Below, piece after piece: positions 28,082 to 36,469 of a stretch of DNA of 64,000 bases. The stretch comes from Treponemataceae bacterium (GTDB lineage Bacteria > Spirochaetota > Spirochaetia > Treponematales > Rectinemataceae): positions 1 through 64,000 of the forward strand of contig CAXXGJ010000017.1 in assembly GCA_963677895.2 (NCBI GenBank). The letters run 5' to 3'. The notes under the pieces were generated by a model that was given only the letters and a program-made list of their open reading frames with translations, ran no database searches and was not told where the DNA came from. The translations under genes and the position numbers were made by a program. Each line of letters begins with the position of its first letter. Position 1 is the first letter of the stretch.

Positions 28082-29890
28082 TTATAGTAATTCAGCCACC
28101 AGGCTCTCGAATTCTTCGGTCTGGCGCTTGAAGACCGAAAGCGCCGAAAGCCAGAATTCGGGTTTCTCGATATCGAATCCGGCCTTTTTCGTCACGTCCA
28201 CCGCCGACGCCGTGCCCGTTTCGGCGAGGAGTTCCCTGTAGGAACGCGCGAAGTCCGGGCCTTCCGCTTTGTAGCGCTCGTAGAGCCCCAGGCCGAAGAG
28301 CTGCCCGAAGGCATAGGGGAAGTTATAGAAGGAGAGCGAGGGAATGTAGTAATGCCCCTTCACCGCCCACATGTAGGGATGGAGTTTTTCGGGGTCCAGG
28401 CCGTCGCCGTAGGTTTTATTCTGGGCGTCCAGCATCATCGAACAGTACTGTTCCGAGCTCAATTCGCTGGTTTTCCGCTGGGCGAAGATCGCTTTCTCGA
28501 AATAAAAACGCGAAAGGATATCGACGATGACCTGGCAGCCGTCCTGGAGATGCATTTCGACGAGGGGCAGGCGCTCGGCGGGGCTTGCCGAGGCGAGCGC
28601 GGCCTCCGACACGATGGTTTCGGCGAAGATGGAAGCGGTCTCCGCCAGGGTCATGGGATACTGGGTGAGCGCGTAGGGTTTGTCGATGATGCACTCATGA
28701 TGCCAAGCGTGCCCAAGCTCGTGCGCCACCGTGCTCACCGAAGAAAAGCTTCCATCGAAGTTGCAGAGCACGCGGGCCGCCTTGGCGCTGGGGAAATCGG
28801 TGCAGTAGGCTCCCCCCACCTTTCCTTCCCTGGGCTGGGCGTCGATCCAGTTCGAGTCGAAGGCTCTGGCCGCGAAGGCGCCCATGGCCGGATCGAAGGA
28901 GGAGAATTTGTCGCGGACGAAATTTCGCGTCGCTTCCCATCCGAAGGTAGGCAGCGGCACGCCTTTCTTCTCCACGGGCGCGAACAAGTCGTAGAAGGCG
29001 AGCCGGGGCTGACCGAGGGCTTTAGCCTTGGCTTTGAGATAGCGCCTCCAGGTCGGCAGCGAGGATTCCATCGCCGAGATCAGGGCTTCGAGAGTCGCCG
29101 CGCTGATGCGCGCCTGGGCCGTGGATTTTTCAAGGGCATCCTTCCAGCCGCGCCGAGTGTTGAGCGAATTCGTGGCGCCCTTGACGCCGTTGAGGGCGGC
29201 GGCCATGGGGATTTCGACCGATTTCCATGCCGCTAGCTCGAGATTGAAAGCCTTTTCGCGCATGGTCCTGTCGGGATTGAAAGCCATGTTGCGCAATTCG
29301 ATGACCGTCTTCTTCTCCCCCTTCGCTTCGTCCCATACGACGGAGGTATTCGAGCTCACCGATTCCTGGAGCCTGGACCAGGCGTCGGCGCCGCAGCGGC
29401 CTAGATCCTCGGCGAGGTCTTCGAGTTCGGGGGCCATCTGCCTGGACTGGAAAAACAGTTCTTCGCGAACGTGGAAGGCGTAGGGCGTCAGTTCAGGATC
29501 CTGTGCGAGCGCCGCCTCGAGGGCGTCTTTTCTGGCGGCGAGGGCGTTTTTGTAAAGGACATCGGCTTTCTTGGCCGGGAGCATGAGTTCTTCGACGGCA
29601 TTGAGTTCGGAAAGGGCGGCCTGATCGCGGGTTGCCGTGCTGAAACGCGCGTAGGCGTAGGCCGAAAGCGTTTCAAAGAGGGAACCCATCTCGTCGTTGA
29701 GGGCCAGCGCTTTCCTGAGCCAGGCGGCGACGTCTTCGCCTGGAGCGACTCTGGCGCTCGCCTCGTAGAATCCGACGGCTTCCGCCGCGAGGGCCGAGGC
29801 CTTCGTTGTGGCGGCGCGATATTCATCCGAATCGAAGCCTGGAAAAATCGGGGTCAAGTCCCAGGTAGGTAGTTTTTCAGATCCAGCCAT
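28082..29890 (-). CDS. M3B oligoendopeptidase F family
   Basis: WDL, GKVGGAYC, AHELGHAWH, LAETASIFAE, FYNFPYAFG. Confidence 0.93.
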   Translation of the reverse strand: MAGSEKLPTWDLTPIFPGFDSDEYRAATTKASALAAEAVGFYEASARVAPGEDVAAWLRKALALNDEMGSLFETLSAYAYARFSTATRDQAALSELNAVEELMLPAKKADVLYKNALAARKDALEAALAQDPELTPYAFHVREELFFQSRQMAPELEDLAEDLGRCGADAWSRLQESVSSNTSVVWDEAKGEKKTVIELRNMAFNPDRTMREKAFNLELAAWKSVEIPMAAALNGVKGATNSLNTRRGWKDALEKSTAQARISAATLEALISAMESSLPTWRRYLKAKAKALGQPRLAFYDLFAPVEKKGVPLPTFGWEATRNFVRDKFSSFDPAMGAFAARAFDSNWIDAQPREGKVGGAYCTDFPSAKAARVLCNFDGSFSSVSTVAHELGHAWHHECIIDKPYALTQYPMTLAETASIFAETIVSEAALASASPAERLPLVEMHLQDGCQVIVDILSRFYFEKAIFAQRKTSELSSEQYCSMMLDAQNKTYGDGLDPEKLHPYMWAVKGHYYIPSLSFYNFPYAFGQLFGLGLYERYKAEGPDFARSYRELLAETGTASAVDVTKKAGFDIEKPEFWLSALSVFKRQTEEFESLVAELL

Positions 29891-30326
29891 TGTTACCGTC
29901 CTTCCAGCCGATGAGTTCCTCCGGCTTAAAAAATAAGTTTATTTCCCGCCTCGCCGATTCGGGCGAATCGGAGGCGTGGATGATATTGAGGTTCGTGTGC
30001 ATGGCGAAGTCTCCCCTGATCGTGCCGGGGGCGGCTTCCTCGGGTTTGGTCGAACCGCAGAGTTTCCGCAGCAGGGCGATGGCGTTGTCGCCCTCCAACG
30101 CCATGGCGACCACCGGCCCGGAACATATGTAGTCCACGAGTTCGCCAAAAAAGGCCTTCTCTTTATGCTCGGCATAGTGTTCCTCGGCGAGCGTTCGAGG
30201 GATGCGCATGAGTTTCATGCCCACGATATCGAGGCCTTTGCGCTCTATCCGCGAGATTATCTCGCCCGCGATGCGGCGCGAGAGGATTCCAGGCTTCAGC
30301 ATGGTGAAAGTTCTTTCGATGGCCAT
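29877..30326 (-). CDS. ndk: Nucleoside diphosphate kinase
   Basis: ERTFTMLKP, EHYAEH, PGTIRGDF, NIIHASDS. Confidence 0.97.
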   Translation of the reverse strand: MAIERTFTMLKPGILSRRIAGEIISRIERKGLDIVGMKLMRIPRTLAEEHYAEHKEKAFFGELVDYICSGPVVAMALEGDNAIALLRKLCGSTKPEEAAPGTIRGDFAMHTNLNIIHASDSPESARREINLFFKPEELIGWKDGNNGWI

Positions 30327-30438
30327 TGTCACTCCTCGTCATCATCCTAGCATCCCCGGCCGAAAGATTCCAGAAAGAAAGGATTGGCTTCCCAAATAGT
30401 TGCCGCGCGGCCTCCGGCGCGGCATACTTAATCTATCG

Positions 30439-31515
30439 ATGAATATAGAATTCCATTACTATACCCTGCACTATCTATCCCGATGCGCGGGTTTCAACGA
30501 AATCGACGCCTCCACCATAGCCGTCTCGAGCCAGATGGTCGACGAGTGCATCGCGCCCTGGGAGATTTTTGGATGGAACCCTGGCTTTAATCCGGGAGGC
30601 GACGCGGGATCGGCCGCGGGGATTGGCGCGGGATCGGCCGCTGGACCCGGCGCCGGAGGCAGGCGGCTTACGCAGGTCACGCAGAATTATGTGTTCTGGG
30701 ACGAAACCGTGGCCAGGGACATATACAGGCCCTTCCACTTCATACCCGGCGACGCGCGGCTGGCCTCGACCAGGCGAGTCGACGGCCACGCGGGACGTTT
30801 CGTCGTGACGGAAGATTCGCCCCTCTCGAGGGAGATTCTCATCGCGGCTCTGAAGACGAAGGATCTGTTCAGGATCGGCATCGCCCTGCACTCCTACGCC
30901 GACACATGGGCACACCAGAATTTCTCGGGCGATTCGGAGGCGCAGAATGCACTGGACCCTTCGTCGCCCATTCCGGCCGCCGGCCATCTGCACGCCCTGA
31001 AGAGCCCCGACGTACCAAGGCTCGTCTGGCAGGACCAGCGCCTTAAGGATGATTTTCGCAGCGTCAGCAACGCGGCGAGGTTCGCGAAGGCAGCATCCAT
31101 GATCTACCGCTTTCTGTGCACCTACAACCGGCGGAAATTCGACGACGAGGTTTTCGTGGTGGGCAGGCTTGAGGAGTTGTGGAACGGCCGGGGGGCGTCG
31201 GGAGACAGCGCCGCCCGCGCGTCGGACTACATCGTGGACTTCGACGTGCCGCCCTATGAGGGCGATGCCTGGGCAAAGCGCGCGGGCGGCGCGGCCAACG
31301 GCATCCTCCAGACGCCGGATCCCTACAGGTCAGGCTATGACCGACTCGCCTGGCTGAAGAACGCGGCCACAAAAGCCTCCTCCGCCTTCGGATCGACGAG
31401 GGGGCGAATCCCCGAATTCGGCTTCGAGGATTCGGCCTTCGCATTTTGGAACAGGGCAGCGCAGGATCACCGGCGACTCTGCCGATCATTATTTGAGCAA
31501 CGAGGTATCGCATGA
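30439..31515 (+). CDS. Hypothetical protein, DUF6765-like, possible metal-dependent hydrolase
   Basis: MNIEFHYY...SSQMVD, PFHFIPGD, GIALHSYADTWAHQNFSG, GH; family call from memory. Confidence 0.6.
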   Translation: MNIEFHYYTLHYLSRCAGFNEIDASTIAVSSQMVDECIAPWEIFGWNPGFNPGGDAGSAAGIGAGSAAGPGAGGRRLTQVTQNYVFWDETVARDIYRPFHFIPGDARLASTRRVDGHAGRFVVTEDSPLSREILIAALKTKDLFRIGIALHSYADTWAHQNFSGDSEAQNALDPSSPIPAAGHLHALKSPDVPRLVWQDQRLKDDFRSVSNAARFAKAASMIYRFLCTYNRRKFDDEVFVVGRLEELWNGRGASGDSAARASDYIVDFDVPPYEGDAWAKRAGGAANGILQTPDPYRSGYDRLAWLKNAATKASSAFGSTRGRIPEFGFEDSAFAFWNRAAQDHRRLCRSLFEQRGIA

Positions 31516-32546
31516 TTTTTTTCCACCACCGACGTCAAAATTCCATCTTCCCGCTGGCGATCGCGCTAACCATCACCCTTCTCGCCGGCTGCGCGACGAT
31601 TCCCGAGGAAGTGTACAAAACCGAACCCTCGACCCACCTGGAAGTCACCCCCCAAGTCTATATCCGACTTTCGGGGAAAGCGCTGCGCGACATCACCCAA
31701 GGCATCGATGACGAAGAAATGAACGCCATAGCCGCCGCCATAGCCAGGAATGGCGCGAACGGGATCGGCGGAGCGGCGGACAGTCGCTCTTCGGGCAAGA
31801 ATTCCGCGACGAACGTCGACACGTCCATGCTCGAGAATTTCGTCTACAGAACAAGGACCTTTGGGGCGGGCATCAGGGGAATCGGAACCGCGGCTCCAAC
31901 CATGGAAGCGGTCTTCATCGGGGATTTCCCGGTCATCTCGGTAAGGCTGGCCATGGCCCTGGATTCCAACTGGCGAAGAACGGACGATGGCGGCTACAAA
32001 TCCGTCAACAACCCGATCTACATCAGACCCCTGCAGCCCGGCCTCATCCACGCGGCGACCTCCGAAATCCCGCCCTATGTAGGATATGTGGATATCGAAG
32101 CCTATCCGAAGAACTTTGCCGAACTCTCCCGATCGGACATATTCATAGCCGCCAATTACCCATCGGCCTTTTTCGCCGGCTCCCTTCCCATGGAAGCGGC
32201 TTCCATTCCCATCGGCGCGATCGTCGTCACCGGACGCTTTTCAGACAAGACGGGCATGGCGGCTTATCAAATTTCCCAAAAGGAAACAGGCGGCGCCCCG
32301 AAAGCCCCAGAGCCGCGATACATCCTCGATATCCATATGTTGATGAAGGATGAGGCCACGGCGAAGGCCTATAAGCCTGTCGTAAAGTTCCTCTGGACGG
32401 CGGCCGCCGGAAAACTGTTCCAGGGAAACGTGGATTTGAGCGCTTCGCCTCTCACGTTGGAAAACGACAGTTATGTGGTGAGGAATATCGAGATGGACGC
32501 GACAGCGCTTAGGTCTGTGCTTGTCGCATCGCTTCTGGCTCCATGA
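31512..32546 (+). CDS. Hypothetical lipoprotein
   Basis: Hydrophobic stretch ending in LLAG-C lipobox; ATGA overlap with upstream gene. Confidence 0.7.
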   Translation: MIFFHHRRQNSIFPLAIALTITLLAGCATIPEEVYKTEPSTHLEVTPQVYIRLSGKALRDITQGIDDEEMNAIAAAIARNGANGIGGAADSRSSGKNSATNVDTSMLENFVYRTRTFGAGIRGIGTAAPTMEAVFIGDFPVISVRLAMALDSNWRRTDDGGYKSVNNPIYIRPLQPGLIHAATSEIPPYVGYVDIEAYPKNFAELSRSDIFIAANYPSAFFAGSLPMEAASIPIGAIVVTGRFSDKTGMAAYQISQKETGGAPKAPEPRYILDIHMLMKDEATAKAYKPVVKFLWTAAAGKLFQGNVDLSASPLTLENDSYVVRNIEMDATALRSVLVASLLAP

Positions 32547-32559
32547 GCGGGCGGCGGCA

Positions 32560-33981
32560 TCAATCTCCCAGGATTCTCTCGTATGGCAGCGATCCGGCGG
32601 GAGCCGGTTTTGCCTTGGCGAATGCCGCCACGAGGTCGACGAGGGCCTGAGGCAGCGGATAGGCGGGATTCGTGAAGGAATCGTAGTTTTCCTTCTCCGT
32701 GTTCACCTGCTTGAGTGCGTAATTCATCGAAGGAATGACGCGGGCGGCTGCCCCGGGCCTAGCGTCCAGGAGCCTCTCGAAGGCCGCCCGCGGCACCTGC
32801 AGATCGGCCGAACCGTAAATGAAGAGAACGGGCGCCCTTACCTTGGCCATTTCCGCCGCCGGGCTGAATCTCAGCCAGGAGGCCAGCCATCCGAGGCGGG
32901 AGCTCGCGAAAAAATCCGAAAGCGCGCCCGAGGGCGCCGGAAAGGACTTCCCCGCCAGCAGCGCCTCCACGATCGCCTCGGCCTCGGCCCTTGTCGCTTC
33001 ATCGAGCTCGCCAAGCGAAGCCCTGAGATCTTCCAGCGGTTCCCGGCCGGAACTGTCCAGAACCAGAAGCCCATCGATGACAAATCCTTCCTTCGACAGC
33101 AGGTTGGCCGCGGCCGCTCCCACCCATGCTCCCTCGTTCATCCCCGCGACGACAATCCTGGAGAACCCATCCATGCCGCCGAGCAGTTTCAAGGCCCGGA
33201 CGGCATCGAGGACATGCTCCGTCAGGCTGGCCGTCACGCCATGGCGCTCAAGCATGTACGACTCCCCCGAGCCCCGCTTGTCGTACCGGTAGGAAGCGAC
33301 GCCCTTCTTCGCCAAAGCCCCTGCCAGCATGACCAGGCTGTCCGATTTCCCGGGAACGTTGTAATTATTGCCATTTCTATCGGTCGTTCCGGCTCCCGCC
33401 AGGAGGAGGACGAGCGGCGCTTGCGGCTGACTGGATTCAGGCAGGAGGAGCGTGCCCGGAAGTATGCCGTCTTCGGTGGGGATGGAGAGGGGTGTCTCGT
33501 TTCGATCGGGCGCCGGGGCAGTCTTGGTCAGTTTGAAGGAACCTTTCCATGACGCGGATTTGGCCGTGCCGATGATGGCGCCGCCCGTGGCCGAGGCATA
33601 GAATCCTTCGAAGACCAGCTCCTCATCGGGTCCGAGGGCGTCGAGGGCGAAATGAATTCTTCCTTCGCTCCAGCTCACATCATCGAGGGGGTAGCCGAAC
33701 ATCGACTGTTCGGGAATATCCATCAGGGCGCCCTGGCCTTTCGCCAGGATCTTCAGCCTGAGGCTCGAGGCAAGCGAGCCCTGCCCTTCCTCTCCCCCCT
33801 GTCCCCCAATCCCAGCCGCGCCGGCAGGGGCAGCCTTGCGTATCGCAAGATTGCCCTCCCATACCCCTTCCGAAATGCTTTTTTTCTGAGGGTCGGGCTC
33901 GGGACTCAAGGCATGGGAGGCCGAACCGCCAAAGGCGAGCGCCAGGAAGAAGACTATGGTTGTGGCGAAAAAACGTTTCAT
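32560..33981 (-). CDS. Exported alpha/beta-hydrolase-fold protein with substituted catalytic residues
   Basis: Signal peptide; GTLLLP, LLLAGAGTTDRNGN, RYDKRGSGES, GMNEG (for GHSEG), GSADLQV, MNYALK (for MNH). Confidence 0.8.
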   Translation of the reverse strand: MKRFFATTIVFFLALAFGGSASHALSPEPDPQKKSISEGVWEGNLAIRKAAPAGAAGIGGQGGEEGQGSLASSLRLKILAKGQGALMDIPEQSMFGYPLDDVSWSEGRIHFALDALGPDEELVFEGFYASATGGAIIGTAKSASWKGSFKLTKTAPAPDRNETPLSIPTEDGILPGTLLLPESSQPQAPLVLLLAGAGTTDRNGNNYNVPGKSDSLVMLAGALAKKGVASYRYDKRGSGESYMLERHGVTASLTEHVLDAVRALKLLGGMDGFSRIVVAGMNEGAWVGAAAANLLSKEGFVIDGLLVLDSSGREPLEDLRASLGELDEATRAEAEAIVEALLAGKSFPAPSGALSDFFASSRLGWLASWLRFSPAAEMAKVRAPVLFIYGSADLQVPRAAFERLLDARPGAAARVIPSMNYALKQVNTEKENYDSFTNPAYPLPQALVDLVAAFAKAKPAPAGSLPYERILGD

Positions 33982-33992
33982 GATGACTCCGC

Positions 33993-34622
33993 CTACGCTC
34001 TCAGAACCTCCGAGAACCTTTCGTAGACGGAATCAGGAGAGCCCGAGCCGTCGATAGTCACGAGACGATCCAAATTGCCGTACCATTGAATGAGTGGTTC
34101 GGTCTGGTCCCTGTAGGCCGCCAGCCTGGTCTTGATCGATTCCTCGTGGTCGTCCGGTCTGGTATACAGCGGACCGCCACATGTGTCGCAGACACCTGAC
34201 GCGGCGGGCGGCATGGTGGAAATATGGTAGATCCTCCCGCAATTCCTGCAGACTCTACGTCCCGTGAGGCGGAAGAGAATTGTCTCGTCCTGGACATCGA
34301 AATTGACGACAAGATCCACCTTGTCGATCGATTGCAGCGCCTCGGCTTGTACGACGGTGCGAGGAAATCCGTCCAGAATCCAGCCATTCTTCGCGTCGGC
34401 CAGGGAAAGCCTCTCCTTCACGAGGGAGATCGTCAGGTCGTCCGGCACGAGGCTGCCTTCCGCCAATATGCTTTTCACTTGCTTGCCGAGTTCGGTCTCG
34501 TTCTTAATGGCCGCCCGGAAAAGATCGCCGGTGGATATATGGGGCACTCCCAGTCTTTTGGAAGCCATCGCCGCGAGCGTGCCCTTGCCAGCCCCCGGAG
34601 GACCCAAGAATATCATTTTCAT
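33993..34622 (-). CDS. adk: Adenylate kinase (zinc-lid type)
   Basis: GPPGAGKGT, HISTGDLFR, LDGFPRT, CxxC...CxxC lid. Confidence 0.97.
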   Translation of the reverse strand: MKMIFLGPPGAGKGTLAAMASKRLGVPHISTGDLFRAAIKNETELGKQVKSILAEGSLVPDDLTISLVKERLSLADAKNGWILDGFPRTVVQAEALQSIDKVDLVVNFDVQDETILFRLTGRRVCRNCGRIYHISTMPPAASGVCDTCGGPLYTRPDDHEESIKTRLAAYRDQTEPLIQWYGNLDRLVTIDGSGSPDSVYERFSEVLRA

Positions 34623-34705
34623 GCTGAATACGCTCCAATTTCAATTTCTATCGCACAAGAATATCCCTTGGGAAGGTTTAAGTAAACTGGCATCGATCAG
34701 GCCGG

Positions 34706-34762
34706 AACGCGCGCTCCAGCCAACGCGCGCTCCAGCGAGTTCGCGCTCCAGCGCGCTCAAGC
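34706..34762. repeat. Short direct repeat cluster at a gene 3' end
   Basis: aacgcgcgctccagc x2 (34706, 34722) then cgcgctccagc and gcgctcaagc. Confidence 0.7.
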
Positions 34763-35719
34763 TCTATCGAGCTTATGTTCCGGCCGGATGGACCAGGGTT
34801 GGTTCATATTATAGCGAAATATGATTTCGAGCTTGTCACGTATGCTCTCGGTCGGGAGAAAGAGCGTGATGGCGCGATTCTGGCGAAAATCGGTGCTCGA
34901 AGGCGTTCCGACCACGCTTCGCTCGAAATGGACCGGTATCCCCTGGTCCCTTATCTGCTTGAGATAAGGCGCGAACTGTCCCTTCGCGCTTCTTCTCGCC
35001 ACGTAGACGGAATGGCTGAATTCGACGCCCGAGAGCGAAGCCTGTTTTCGCCATATGTTTAGGTCTTCCTCGATGAAGCGCGCCGCGATCGGGAGGACAT
35101 CAGACCCTATGAGGTGGGTCAGCTCCAGTTTCATGCCCGTATGCATCGCGATGAACCTGCGGATAATCTCTATCGTATCGGCTTCATTCCCGAGGTCGAG
35201 GGACAGAATGAAGGGCTCAAAAAGCCCGGCCAGCTGCATTTTAGCGATCTGGAACCTGAAGGGGTAATCGGTTTTTTGGGGCTTGCCCGGATTGGACGAA
35301 CCCTCGGGAACGACGATGATGATGTCGGAGTCATTATGGGGGGAAGCGAGGAGTCTGAGTGCTATGGTGAGGTGCGTCAGCTGAAAGGGATCGAAGGAAC
35401 CGATGTACATAGCCACCCTGGCGACACCGTTGGGATAGCGCACGATTTTCGGGTAATCCCTTGTATCGAGGGGATGCATTTCCCCCTTGCGCGCCTTTTC
35501 ATCTATATCGTAGAGCGCCTGGACGATGAGCTGTTCGTAATAGGAGTAATCTTTGAGCTCGCGGGGGCCGATGTAGCCCAGATGGGGAAGGGATTCGAAT
35601 ATCTTCTTCAGGCGCTTGGCGAGAAGATCAACTTTTTGGTTTGAAAATTTGGATGGCCACAGACATGGAAAGCTGTAGGAAGAACCCGGCAAAGGCTCCT
35701 TTTTGTCTAGTTGATCCAT
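34757..35719 (-). CDS. Nucleotidyltransferase-fold (NadD/CTP_transf-like) protein with N-terminal extension
   Basis: MYIGSFDPFQLTH, LIGSD, PSSTDFR; start 35719 chosen from promoter geometry. Confidence 0.65.
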   Translation of the reverse strand: MDQLDKKEPLPGSSYSFPCLWPSKFSNQKVDLLAKRLKKIFESLPHLGYIGPRELKDYSYYEQLIVQALYDIDEKARKGEMHPLDTRDYPKIVRYPNGVARVAMYIGSFDPFQLTHLTIALRLLASPHNDSDIIIVVPEGSSNPGKPQKTDYPFRFQIAKMQLAGLFEPFILSLDLGNEADTIEIIRRFIAMHTGMKLELTHLIGSDVLPIAARFIEEDLNIWRKQASLSGVEFSHSVYVARRSAKGQFAPYLKQIRDQGIPVHFERSVVGTPSSTDFRQNRAITLFLPTESIRDKLEIIFRYNMNQPWSIRPEHKLDRA

Positions 35720-35860
35720 TGCTACAGTATTCAATGGAAAATACATAAATGCAACAATTTTTGATTAAGATATTTAAATAATATTTTACCGATATAATTA
35801 ACAATTTATTATCTACTCAAATATTTTTTATATTTATCTCTATTTATCTATATTTTTTTC

Positions 35861-35888
35861 TTGACAAACTTTCCAGGCGGCGCATACT
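35861..35888 (+). promoter_or_regulatory. Putative sigma70 promoter of the hydrogenase operon
   Basis: TTGACA-N16-CATACT after a long AT-rich tract. Confidence 0.5.
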
Positions 35889-35953
35889 GCAATCATACAG
35901 GAACCAATGGTTGGCACAAACTTGTACTTCGGTTCGATCGACAAGGAGGCTTT

Positions 35954-36469
35954 ATGCCATCGATCACCGTGAAACAGCCAAGTTCGGACATCGAGCGGAT
36001 TGTTCACAACAACCTCGGAACTCCTGGGAGCCTGCTGAAAATTCTCGAACAGGCCCAGGAAAACGATCCCAAGCATTATCTATCGGAAGAGACCCTCAAA
36101 AATGTCGCTGACCTCGTGGGAGCGCCGCTCTCGCAGGTCTACTCGATGGCGACATTCTATTCTTTCTTCAACCTCAAGCCGCAGGGCAAACACTCCATCG
36201 TCGTCTGCAGGGGAACGGCTTGCCATACCAGAGGCTCCCTCGCCCTTCTCAACGAAGCGCTGTCCCGCATGGGAATCCAGGGTTTCAAGGAAGAGGAGGA
36301 AAATTCGGCCACAAGTCCCGACAGCTTCGTTTCTATCAGGACAGTCGCCTGCTTCGGTCAATGCGCCCTCGCCCCTGTCGTCATGATAGACGGGGTGGTG
36401 AAATCCAGGATGACCATCGGAAAACTGGTCTCCCTCCTCGATAAGCTCAAAAAAGGAGGCGACAAATGA
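35954..36469 (+). CDS. NuoE-like [2Fe-2S] hydrogenase subunit (HydC)
   Basis: ATFYSFF, VCRGTACH, VACFGQCALAPV; AAGGAGG SD. Confidence 0.93.
   Translation: MPSITVKQPSSDIERIVHNNLGTPGSLLKILEQAQENDPKHYLSEETLKNVADLVGAPLSQVYSMATFYSFFNLKPQGKHSIVVCRGTACHTRGSLALLNEALSRMGIQGFKEEEENSATSPDSFVSIRTVACFGQCALAPVVMIDGVVKSRMTIGKLVSLLDKLKKGGDK

Noticed and set aside
35761..35805. Rex operator upstream of the hydrogenase
   Set aside because: Only a TTAACAA half-site in very AT-rich DNA; no proper 18-bp palindrome.
35912..35927. TGGCACAAACTTGTAC as a sigma54 promoter for the hydrogenase
   Set aside because: Spacing is one base short and the -12 GC is missing.
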